From assembly GCA_039024555.1 (NCBI GenBank), contig JBCCQQ010000018.1:37921-101920 (forward strand): 64,000 bases of DNA. Reading direction: 5' to 3'. The notes beneath the pieces were generated by a model. That model ran no database searches. It had not been told where the DNA came from and saw nothing but the letters and a program-made list of their open reading frames with translations. Below, in pieces: positions 48,684-58,109 of the stretch. Made by a program: the position numbers and the translations under genes. The stretch comes from Cyanobacteria bacterium P01_D01_bin.156. Lineage in GTDB: Bacteria > Cyanobacteriota > Cyanobacteriia > Phormidesmidales > Phormidesmidaceae. Each line of letters begins with the position of its first letter. The first letter of the stretch is position 1.

Positions 48684-51371
48684 TTACTGACCGCTTATGG
48701 CCAGGGTCTCTAGAGAAGATTCACCTGAAGATGTATCTGTTGGTTTTACAGGATCCTCAATGGGATTGCGCTGTTGAATCAACTCAATGGCTCGGCTGAC
48801 CTGCTCAGGGAAAACCACTACCAGCGAATTCTCTGGCGCATGTTCTAAGGCCCACTCAACAGCTGTTGTTTCGTCCAGCTGAATAAAGTGAGATGCAGGA
48901 GAATCGGCAACTTGGCCAATCCCCTCGACAATCAGCCCTGCTGCATTACCGGCAGGACGACCCCGACGATCGTCATCTTCTTTAACGATAATGGTGTCAA
49001 AGAACGTTGCTGCTAGTTTCCCTAGACCAATCAGATCCTCATCTCGGCGATCTCCAGGTCCACCGACTACACCAATGGTAGGCCCAGCCCAGTTGTTGAC
49101 AAAGCCACCTACGGCTTCATACCCGGCAGGATTGTGGGCATAGTCCACCAGGACGTGAAAATGCCCCAGGTTAAACAGATTCATTCTGCCCGGTGTCTGC
49201 TGAGCTGATGCTTCAAAGCTACGCAATGCTGTCCGAATTTGTTCGACCTTAATTCCTTGCACAAAGGTGGCTAAGCTCGCTGCCAATGCATTGGCAATCA
49301 TAAACGGTGCCCGTCCACCTAAGGTCAGCGGCACATTTTCAACCTGCTCAATGCGATGCACCCAATCCTGTTGCAGGATGATAATGTGACCATCGTCGCA
49401 GACAGCTGCGATCCCCCCTTGTTGCACGTGTTCTCTCACTAGGGGATTCTGCGCGTCCATGGAGAAATAGGCCACCTTGCCAGCCACACGTTCAGCCATG
49501 GCGGCTACTCGCTCGTCGTCTGCATTCAGGATGGCATAGCCACCAGCGTGTACGGCCTCTGCAATGACGCCCTTAACCCTAGCCATCTGGTCAATGGTAT
49601 CGATGTCACCCAGACCTAGGTGGTCGGCAGCCACATTCAGCACCACGCCAACATCGCAGCTATTAAACGCTAGACCAGAGCGTAGAATTCCGCCGCGAGC
49701 AGTCTCTAATACGGCAATGTCCACCGTAGGGTCCTGCAAAATCATTTTGGCGCTTTGGGGACCAGTGGTATCACCTTTTTCAACCAGATGATTGCCGATG
49801 TAAATGCCGTCGGTGGTGGTAAAGCCAACTGCGTCGTAAACCTGCCTGGCAATATGAGCAATCAGACGAGTGGTGGTTGTTTTCCCATTGGTGCCAGTAA
49901 CGGCCACAATCGGTACCCGAGTTGGGTTATCGGGTGGGAAGAGCATCTGCAAAATAGGCGCTGCGACATTGCGGGCTACACCTTTACTCGGGGCTAGGTG
50001 CATGCGCAGTCCAGGAGCAGCATTGACTTCTAGAATCACACCGTCGGCTTCTGATAAGGGTTTACTGATATCAGTGGTAATGACGTCGATCCCTGCAATG
50101 TCGAGGTCAATAATTCGCGACACACGTTCGGCTAACCAAACCGTGTCTGGATGAATATCATCGGTGCGGTCAATGGCCGTGCCACCCGTGCTCAAATTTG
50201 CTGTAGCCCGCAAATAAGCGACCTGACCAGCTTCCAGGATTGTAGCCAGGGTGAAGCCTTGACGATTGAGCATCTCATCCGTAGATGCATCTAGCTGAAT
50301 TTGGGTGAGAACATTGTCGTGCCCGTTGCCGCGACGCTCATCCTGATTTTCCTGCTCCACGAGCTCAGCAATGCTACTTTGGCCATTGCCTATTACATGG
50401 GCTGGAACCCGCTCAGCAACTGCTACCACCTGATGGTTAACGACTAAGATGCGGTGATCCCGACCGGTGTAGAAGCGCTCGACAATGATGCCGCGTGAAA
50501 TCTTTTTGGCACGGTCGTAAGCGGTCTCAGCCTCTGTCCAAGAGCAGATGTTGGTTGTAATACCGCGCCCGTGATTTCCATCCAAAGGTTTGATGACGAT
50601 GGGATAACCGCCAATGCGGTCGATTGTGGAGGCCAGGTCATCAAAGCTGTAGAGCAAATCACCTGCGGGTACCGGAGCGCCCATATTTTCTAGGATGGCT
50701 TTGGTCCGCTCTTTGTCGCAGGCTAATTCTACGCCCAGTACGTTACTGGAGGAAGTCAGGGCTGCTTGTACCCGTTTTTGATACTTGCCATACCCCAGCT
50801 GGAACAAATCACAGTTTTCGAGTTCCATCCAGGGAATGCCTCTGGCTTCGGCTTCGGCCACTAGGGCATCTGTGGTAGCACCCAGAGCCGCTTCATCCCG
50901 TAGGTCTTTGAGGTCTTTGAGGTCTGTTTGCAGTTCGTGTTGGGGATAGGTGCCTGTTTCAATAATGCTCTGACACAGGCGTACGGCAGCACGGGTGGCA
51001 TAGCGTCCGGCGGCTTCATGCTTGTACTCCACGACCACTTGGTAGATGCCGGGAGTGCTAGTTTCGCGGGTACGGCCAAAGCCAACTTCCATGCCAGCCA
51101 GCACCTGTAGCTCTAGAGCCACGTGCTCCACGATGTGACCCATCATGGTGCCTTCTTTGAGACGGCTGAGAAATCCACCGCGACAGCCTGGGGAGCAATG
51201 GTGCTCTTCTAGACTGGGGAGTACCTGCACTAACCCATCGTAGAAACCAGGTAATGTGTCGGATGGTCTATCGGCCAGATCTTCAAGATCTAGACGGGCG
51301 ACAATCACTTTAGAGCGACGAATGCTCCAATAGTTAGGTCCACGTAGGGTACGAGTGTGCAGAATTTTCAT
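48684..51371 (-). CDS. cphA: Cyanophycin synthetase CphA1
   Basis: LRGPNYWS N-domain with HCS and GHIVEH; ATP-grasp KPLDGNHGRG and EVNAAPG; Mur-ligase GTNGKTTT, ETARGG, DYAHN. Confidence 0.97.
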   Translation of the reverse strand: MKILHTRTLRGPNYWSIRRSKVIVARLDLEDLADRPSDTLPGFYDGLVQVLPSLEEHHCSPGCRGGFLSRLKEGTMMGHIVEHVALELQVLAGMEVGFGRTRETSTPGIYQVVVEYKHEAAGRYATRAAVRLCQSIIETGTYPQHELQTDLKDLKDLRDEAALGATTDALVAEAEARGIPWMELENCDLFQLGYGKYQKRVQAALTSSSNVLGVELACDKERTKAILENMGAPVPAGDLLYSFDDLASTIDRIGGYPIVIKPLDGNHGRGITTNICSWTEAETAYDRAKKISRGIIVERFYTGRDHRILVVNHQVVAVAERVPAHVIGNGQSSIAELVEQENQDERRGNGHDNVLTQIQLDASTDEMLNRQGFTLATILEAGQVAYLRATANLSTGGTAIDRTDDIHPDTVWLAERVSRIIDLDIAGIDVITTDISKPLSEADGVILEVNAAPGLRMHLAPSKGVARNVAAPILQMLFPPDNPTRVPIVAVTGTNGKTTTTRLIAHIARQVYDAVGFTTTDGIYIGNHLVEKGDTTGPQSAKMILQDPTVDIAVLETARGGILRSGLAFNSCDVGVVLNVAADHLGLGDIDTIDQMARVKGVIAEAVHAGGYAILNADDERVAAMAERVAGKVAYFSMDAQNPLVREHVQQGGIAAVCDDGHIIILQQDWVHRIEQVENVPLTLGGRAPFMIANALAASLATFVQGIKVEQIRTALRSFEASAQQTPGRMNLFNLGHFHVLVDYAHNPAGYEAVGGFVNNWAGPTIGVVGGPGDRRDEDLIGLGKLAATFFDTIIVKEDDDRRGRPAGNAAGLIVEGIGQVADSPASHFIQLDETTAVEWALEHAPENSLVVVFPEQVSRAIELIQQRNPIEDPVKPTDTSSGESSLETLAISGQ

Positions 51372-51531
51372 AGGTGACAAAAACTATTTGGGGGTAGATG
51401 GCAACAGAAATTAAGGAATTAGGGGCAGCCTTTTAATTTCACGCTCAAAACCTGCAGGGCATTTGCCATAGACGAGCGTAACCATGCCTACAAAGAGTCA
51501 GACCAGGCTTGTCAATCGATTTTTATACTTT

Positions 51532-51567
51532 TGTAATCCAAATTACAGTTTTGTAAACAAGATTACA
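51532..51567. promoter_or_regulatory. Two tandem NtcA-type boxes upstream of cphA
   Basis: TGTA-ATCCAAAT-TACA (51532-51547) and TGTA-AACAAGAT-TACA (51552-51567), both GTA-N8-TAC. Confidence 0.75.
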
Positions 51568-51934
51568 GATGTATTTGATTCTAAGTGAATGCTTTGAGCT
51601 TATGACCAGAATATTTCTTAAGAGGACGTTAATTAGTCCTGCTTTTGAAGGCAAGTCCCAAACTGTGAAAGGCATTGAGAGTGCCGAGTTGCAGTGCTAA
51701 AGGGGTATTGAATAATTGTATTGGATAATACAACACGGCTTAAACAGATTTTTAAGCCCCTGTCGATTGTCATAGAAGAATGACATTGAATCTAGGCTGA
51801 AATGCGTAAAATGCATGGCATGATGCATCTTTTAAAGGGTTGAAGCCTGAAATAGCTAGCTTTTCGTAGAAAACGTTAGCTATGGCCTGTGTGATCATTT
51901 TTAAACTACAGAAATCGGTTGGTGCCGGTCGGCA

Positions 51935-52768
51935 TTAGAGCTTATGGGCCAGCTCATATACGGGAGGACACACTGCACGTTTTTTGTAGTCGTACTGATC
52001 GCCTTCGTTGAGGATGTGGACCTTGAGATCATGAATACTCAAGGGGGATGTGCCGCTAATAATAGGGTGGTTGGTATGACTTAATTCTTGTGGATCAATG
52101 ATGGTGACGGCACCTTTGCCGATCACTTCAAAGGTGCCATCTCCTTTAAATGCGGCACAGGTGTCTTCATCTATGCCAATACCCAACCGGTCAGGGTTAG
52201 CTGCGATCGCACTCAGCAAACGAGCCATGCGGTTACGGTTATGGAAGTGCTGGTCCACTAATATCTCTGGAATAAAGCCCAACCCATTCATCAAATCCAC
52301 CAATCCTCGGTTGGGGGACTCACCACTGCTTCCGCCTGAAATCATCTTTTCTCCCATCACTGCAGCACCGGCACTGGTTCCGGCCAGCACTAGCGTGCCC
52401 AGATGCAGACGTTTTTTAAGAGTGGTGAGAAAAGTGCTATCCCGAAGAAATTCAAACAGACGCACCTGATCTCCGCCGGAAAGAAATACCCCTGTGCAAC
52501 TGTCGAGCAGCTGTAGCCAATTCGCCTGATCACATTCGCGGGGGCGCCGAATATCCAATACTTGAATATTCTGAGCACCCATTTGGCTAAAAATTCGGTA
52601 ATAGCGGCCACCAACGACACTGGGTTCTTGAGATGCGCAGGGAACAATGCCAATGTTGGCCTGGGAACCCCCAGCACTTCTAAAAAAATTAGTCAAGATG
52701 CTACGTTCACCGACCTTATCTTCTGCCCCTCCAATAACCATTACGGGGTACTGGGTCGGAATTGCCAT
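51935..52768 (-). CDS. cphB: Cyanophycinase
   Basis: IGGAEDK, GGDQ, GTSAGA (Ser), DQHFHNRNR (His), GIDE (Glu). Confidence 0.96.
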   Translation of the reverse strand: MAIPTQYPVMVIGGAEDKVGERSILTNFFRSAGGSQANIGIVPCASQEPSVVGGRYYRIFSQMGAQNIQVLDIRRPRECDQANWLQLLDSCTGVFLSGGDQVRLFEFLRDSTFLTTLKKRLHLGTLVLAGTSAGAAVMGEKMISGGSSGESPNRGLVDLMNGLGFIPEILVDQHFHNRNRMARLLSAIAANPDRLGIGIDEDTCAAFKGDGTFEVIGKGAVTIIDPQELSHTNHPIISGTSPLSIHDLKVHILNEGDQYDYKKRAVCPPVYELAHKL

Positions 52769-53481
52769 AGTCTAATAAAAAAGAGATTTTACTAATGTTT
52801 AAACGCACTTCTGAATAGTAAATCATATTGTTGTAAGGTCTTAAAACCCAAGAAAATACTTTCTTGAATGAAAATTTCGGGCTCAAGAAGTTTGCTGCTC
52901 TGGCTGTTTCCCTGGGGGCTCTATGGCGCTCTTTAGAATTCCATTGCTTGAAGGTGTGGTGGCGACTGAAAACGTTTGGCTGCAACATACTCAAGTCATC
53001 TGATAGGGAGCCTTAACATGGCTGATGCTTTTTTGCTGAATCGAGTTTGACTACCGTTTGGTGAGAAGGTGCAGAATGTTATTGCCGATCTGTCAGCTGC
53101 AGCTACCCTCTCTGGAATATTTGTTGAGCTTGGCAGACTCCCCCATGAAACTCTCACGCGAAAACTCTGTTAGATAACAATTGTGGTTGTTCTGGATGCC
53201 AGGAACCCAATGGTTTAGCGTTTCTATTTTGTAGTCTCCTCATCATGGGAGAGACGCTACTGGGGGAATGGCGACATCTCCTCATCTGGCTGTCAGAATA
53301 CTCTCATTATGGTCTGTAATGTTCCTTGTGAAAAGCGTCTGGTGCGAAAATGTGTTTGTCTGATAGTTTTCGATGGCTTGTACAGAAGTTGTTGTTAAGT
53401 TGTTGCTTGTTTGCTAGGTAGAGAGATAGAGATCCATAATGCTTTCTAAGATCTGCTTGCAGATTAAAACTATTTCGAGGC

Positions 53482-54633
53482 TCAGCAGTCAAGTTCTTTT
53501 TGTATCTCTCTTGCAACTGTTAGGCAAAGTGAGAGGGGGGCGTCGGTTTTGATAGCTTGCGGGGCAATATGGGTGTGAGTTGCACGGTAGGGATGGCCTG
53601 AAGGATGGGTGCGATCGCAAATCCCTTCAATCAATCGATCCCGTGGTGGAATATCCATTTGACCCCGGCGACCAATTTCCGCCAAAGGGTAATAATAGGG
53701 TGGCATGGTGTTCTCCTCGGTCATCACTGCCAACAGCTGTTGTATTTTCGGCCATCGCCATAGATCAGCCAGATTAAGCATTTGACCCAGATAGTTTTCA
53801 TCATGAAGGGAGCCTAACCATAGGGGGCCGCTGACCACTGGTGCGGCTCCACAAAAATCACAGCCCAGCTTTCCTAGCTGTCGCCAGTTAGCTGTACGAA
53901 ATTGTCCACAGCCATAGCAGTAGGCTAAAAAGCCATAATGATTACTGTGCCAAGGCTGTTTGACCACGCGCACCATCACTCGGTGAACCGTGCCATTAAA
54001 AATCGAAAACACGGGTTCAATGGTAAACCCTCGGGTAGCAGCCTGCTGAGCGGCGCAACCTAACAAGAGTCGTAGACCCTGTTCATGTACGGCAGGATGG
54101 CTGCGAGCACAGGCCCCGTAGATTTGTACGCTTTTTTCTAGGGCATGCCCCCCGGTGGTGCGTCCGTCTGTGCTAGTCAGATAAAGCAGCCCTCCGAATT
54201 TGACTGCCCACAGAGCAGACGCGATAAAGGGGGTGGGACTGCCAAAACTATCAATATCAATTAGGTCGTAGTAGTCGTGGTTTTGGGCGCACTGGAAAAA
54301 TAGCTGATTGGCATCCTGATGGGTAATACGATAAGTCTCTGGAGCCATACCCTGACTCAAATTTTGTGCCAGCAGCTGGTGTAGGTCAGGATTACCCTCA
54401 TTGGCCCAAACCCAGTCAGCTTCAGCTTCTAGATGGTAGCGTAGGGGCCTGACACCGCAGCCAGTCATGGCATCGATTACCCTTAGCTGCCCATGGTTCT
54501 GACGATAGACAGCAGCAGCAAGAACCGCTAGGTCACGGCCAACTTGACTGGTAGGGCGGTAAAAAGCATGGGTGGTTACAAACCTGGCTTGACCCTCCTG
54601 CCTCTGTTTTGCAGAATTTTGGGCCGCACTCAC
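53482..54633 (-). CDS. Trm1-family tRNA (guanine-N2)-dimethyltransferase
   Basis: FYRP...RDLAV, DAMTGCGVR, DLIDIDSFGSP, TSTDG, CxxC...CxxC, GPLWLG, IKTDAP. Confidence 0.85.
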   Translation of the reverse strand: MSAAQNSAKQRQEGQARFVTTHAFYRPTSQVGRDLAVLAAAVYRQNHGQLRVIDAMTGCGVRPLRYHLEAEADWVWANEGNPDLHQLLAQNLSQGMAPETYRITHQDANQLFFQCAQNHDYYDLIDIDSFGSPTPFIASALWAVKFGGLLYLTSTDGRTTGGHALEKSVQIYGACARSHPAVHEQGLRLLLGCAAQQAATRGFTIEPVFSIFNGTVHRVMVRVVKQPWHSNHYGFLAYCYGCGQFRTANWRQLGKLGCDFCGAAPVVSGPLWLGSLHDENYLGQMLNLADLWRWPKIQQLLAVMTEENTMPPYYYPLAEIGRRGQMDIPPRDRLIEGICDRTHPSGHPYRATHTHIAPQAIKTDAPLSLCLTVAREIQKELDC

Positions 54634-54920
54634 TTCGGCACCACTGCGTCAATGGCCATCTTCAACTGTTCTGAATTTAGGCCGGTAATCACAAACACTT
54701 CCTGAATCGATTTGCCCTGACGTGCAATCAGCTTAAACCCTCCACGGATGGGTACTGAAATTTTGAGCCGAAATTTTGGCGCATGGGAGCGCCCACGGCT
54801 AATCACGGCTGGAGTCAGGGTCTTGATGTGAGGATGGTCAGCCAGCTTGTGGAGAATCGCAATCAGGCCAGGAATATGGGTGGAATGGTTCAGCACCACA
54901 CGGCCTTTAGAAGAACCCAT
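54630..54920 (-). CDS. DUF2103 family protein
   Basis: GRVVLNHSTHIPGLI, GFKLIAR, QEVFV. Confidence 0.8.
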   Translation of the reverse strand: MGSSKGRVVLNHSTHIPGLIAILHKLADHPHIKTLTPAVISRGRSHAPKFRLKISVPIRGGFKLIARQGKSIQEVFVITGLNSEQLKMAIDAVVPK

Positions 54921-54922
54921 GG

Positions 54923-55252
54923 TTATGCCTTCTCTAAGGGCGCCATAGTCAATCCGGCCCGAATCAGTTGGCTATGGTAGAGCTCCGCCTGTTCTAAAGG
55001 ACCGACCCACACGGTGGCTTGGCCTTCATAGTGGACTTGGTTAGTTAGTTTCCAAGCATGGTCTGGAGTCATGTTGGGAATATAGTTAACCAGAGTTTCT
55101 GCTACATGTTGAAACGTATTGAAATCGTCATTGAGGACGATCACTTTGTAATTGGGATAAGTCTGTCGTGTCGTTTGTTTTGCTTTTTCCTTCACCACTG
55201 TAGGTGATGTGGAGATTGCCTGAATAGATGAATTAAAAATTACTGCCTGCAT
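54923..55252 (-). CDS. clpS: ATP-dependent Clp protease adaptor ClpS
   Basis: YKVIVLNDDFNTFQHV, VHYEGQATVW, AELY; start uncertain. Confidence 0.92.
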   Translation of the reverse strand: MQAVIFNSSIQAISTSPTVVKEKAKQTTRQTYPNYKVIVLNDDFNTFQHVAETLVNYIPNMTPDHAWKLTNQVHYEGQATVWVGPLEQAELYHSQLIRAGLTMAPLEKA

Positions 55253-55702
55253 AGGTCTGGCGTTGCGCAAATAGTGGTTCTAAAACCCCCAGATGTAGCG
55301 TTGTGAAATCTGCCCGATTCTCACAAGCTACAGCCAGCAATGGCTATGTACAGCACATGTAGCTGAATCAATTCAGCCACTTGCTACATCCGGAAAGGAA
55401 TTCTGAATACGTCGTTGCTGATTTAGAGGATGAAACCATCTGTACATCCGTCCAGAGTTCTGGATTTGGCAGATAAAATCATCCCGAGGATCAGCAACGC
55501 CCTGAATACTTTATATACAGTAACAAAGCCTCTTTGGAGAATAGGGCTCATGGGGGTAGGCTATATCACAAACCAATTCGCAAGTCGTCACCCTGATGGG
55601 TGCCATTACATCAAAAGCTCTGTATTCTAAGCCATTATCTGTGATGGCACTTATATTTTCTCTACGCTATCTACGTATTACTAAACCCGTAAGGAAAAAC
55701 AC

Positions 55703-56653
55703 ATGAACTATTGGCGCTGGCTACAGGGGCTGGGTATTGGTTTATTAATCACCGGAGGAGGTTCCACACTGCACTCTGTAGAAGCCTTGCCACTGCGGCC
55801 ATTGCGCTTGAGCCAAAGCTACACTGATATTGTTGCTGTCTCTCTATTTCAGCACTACACGGCGAGATATCCGGCCCCCGTCTTGACCAATGGTCTATCG
55901 TCGCGAGAAATTGACTCGATTCATATTACCTTCGTGCGACGCCTCATAGACGAGGCGGAGGATGATAATGCCGTGGTGGGCTACAAGATAGCCTTAACGA
56001 ATCCTAAAGCCCAGGCGCAGCTGGGAGTGAACCACCCCCTCTATGGATTTTTGCTGGAAAGTATGCTGCTGGACGATGGGGTATCTTTACCCATTCGCTT
56101 TGGTAGTCGTCCCCAGGCCGAAGGAGATTTAATGGTGCGGGTAGGTAGTGATGATATCAACCAAGCAGAAACGGATTTAGAGTTGTTAGCTGCACTAGAT
56201 GCGGTGATTCCCTTTCTGGAGCTGCCAGACTTAATTTATGAACCAGAAGCTAATGTGAATGCGGGAGCGTTGGTGGCCGTCAATGCGGGAGCTCGATACG
56301 GTGTTATGGGTGATCCGGAGGAGTTAGCTGTCGATGACAGTGGTTTGGCGCAGTTAGCGAATATTCGTGTGGTGCTCCAAAATGACCGGGGGCAGTTTTT
56401 GGCCGAGGGCAACGGTGAGGCCCTATTGGGACATCCCATCAATGCTGTGCGTTGGCTGCGAGATACCTTGCAGGCTCAAGGCGTAGAGTTACGCCCAGGA
56501 GATTTACTTTCTCTAGGTTCTGTGACACCGTTGGTTTCCCTTGAGCAGGGGGCCAATATTCAGGGAATAAAAGCCCGTTATTTTGGCCTAGAAGCCGGCG
56601 ATCGATCTATTGACTTAACGGTATCGTTTGAAGGGGTGGAAGAAGACGGCTAA
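55703..56653 (+). CDS. 2-keto-4-pentenoate hydratase-like protein (FAH superfamily) with N-terminal signal/TM segment
   Basis: VGYKIALT, PLYGFL, AEGDL, FLELPD, LLGHPINAVRWL, LSLGS. Confidence 0.8.
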   Translation: MNYWRWLQGLGIGLLITGGGSTLHSVEALPLRPLRLSQSYTDIVAVSLFQHYTARYPAPVLTNGLSSREIDSIHITFVRRLIDEAEDDNAVVGYKIALTNPKAQAQLGVNHPLYGFLLESMLLDDGVSLPIRFGSRPQAEGDLMVRVGSDDINQAETDLELLAALDAVIPFLELPDLIYEPEANVNAGALVAVNAGARYGVMGDPEELAVDDSGLAQLANIRVVLQNDRGQFLAEGNGEALLGHPINAVRWLRDTLQAQGVELRPGDLLSLGSVTPLVSLEQGANIQGIKARYFGLEAGDRSIDLTVSFEGVEEDG

Positions 56654-57226
56654 CTACGAACGTGGATGTGTGGTGAGTGATACCCCAAGGGGCGGTAAAA
56701 ATACGGTTTTTGCAGTTGAATGATAAGTCTCAGTAGGAGGTAAAACAATCTCCTGAAGTTCGTACATCTACTAATATATCTTGGCATCTAAGCCACATAC
56801 GTATTGATTGTGCTGATTGTCTATCCAGACAGTTTTTTGACTGGCCCATGCAAAAGTTACCGAAACGCGTTCTGAAAATTTTGTAGCTCTTGGTAAGAGA
56901 GGTTAGACGCCATTTGTGGTGTTGCTGGTCCAAACTGTGATTTTTGCCGTCAGGCTGGCAGCTTGCATCATTCTCTAACACAGAAGTTTGGGTGTTGTTG
57001 ATCCTTAGGATGGTTTGAATTCTCAAATCCTATAATTTGAAAGATCTTATGGATTGTCTTGATTCCCCTAAATCAGCAACGTCTACTCGCATCGTATGGG
57101 CTGTCTGGATGCTTTAGGTAGTAAACGCTACGTGTAGTGCAAACTGAACAAGACATTCATCAGTTTGCTGTGGCAACGGCTTTCCTGTTCAATTGTGGTC
57201 ACTTTTAAGTTGTCAAAAAAATCGTC

Positions 57227-58057
57227 ATGTCTATTTGTTCTCGCTTGTTTCAAGCTTCCTTTGCTGTTTTGGTGCTAGCCGCTGGACCCAGCTATGCATT
57301 GGAATTCCCTCAAACCCGCGATCGCGGTGCTCCGGCTCGTGGTCCTGCCCTGGCAACTCGGGGTGAAGTGTGTTTAGACCCTCAGGTACAGCCATCGTTA
57401 ACGTCGATACTTCCCCATAATGCAATCGCAACCGCCTTTGGTTCAGATACCGATCTTCCGTTGTCCCTATGGTTCTATATTCCTGAAACCGGTGCCAACA
57501 GTGTAGAACTGACCGTCGTGGATGAAACAGGCAATGAAATCTACCAGCACAGTATGAATTTGTCTGGCACCCCTGGCACTATTCAGATGCCCCTACCCCG
57601 CTATCAGGCTGATGGCGTCACCCCTGTATTTACCTCTGGCAGTCTTTATTACTGGGACTTTGCACTGATCTGTGACCCCAACGATCGTGAAGATGATGTC
57701 CTGCTAGGCGGCGGCATCCAACGGGTGGATGCCAGTTCCACGTTTATCGCCCAGCTTGATGCTGTATCAGGAGATCCCCTAGCCCAGGCTGAGCTGTATG
57801 CCAATGCTGGTGCTTGGCAAGAAACCGTTGCCTTGGCCGCTTCCCTGTATTCCCAAAACCCTGGTGCCTGGACCGAGCTACTATCTTCAGTCGGTTTAGG
57901 TGCGATCGCTACGCAGCCCATTGTGGGTCAGAGTATGCCTGCTGTCCGTGCGGTACCTACGACGACATCACCCAGCAACGCCCTGGAGACTGAAACGGCT
58001 GCGAGTGGTGAGCTCAATAACGATCTAGAAAGACTGCTGGAGGGGATTAATCCCTAG
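57227..58057 (+). CDS. DUF928 domain exported protein
   Basis: Signal peptide, ATRG..C, LWFYIP, YYWDFALICDP, LYANAGAWQET, WTELLSSVGL. Confidence 0.85.
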   Translation: MSICSRLFQASFAVLVLAAGPSYALEFPQTRDRGAPARGPALATRGEVCLDPQVQPSLTSILPHNAIATAFGSDTDLPLSLWFYIPETGANSVELTVVDETGNEIYQHSMNLSGTPGTIQMPLPRYQADGVTPVFTSGSLYYWDFALICDPNDREDDVLLGGGIQRVDASSTFIAQLDAVSGDPLAQAELYANAGAWQETVALAASLYSQNPGAWTELLSSVGLGAIATQPIVGQSMPAVRAVPTTTSPSNALETETAASGELNNDLERLLEGINP

Positions 58058-58109
58058 TGTTGATTGATCAAGGCAGTGACAACGCCCCGATCTACCGAGA
58101 ATATTCAAT

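Noticed and set aside
55430..57026. Intergenic ORFs 55430-55630 and 56730-57026
   Set aside because: No recognisable homology or motif and atypical composition; more likely promoter DNA, though a small protein cannot be excluded.
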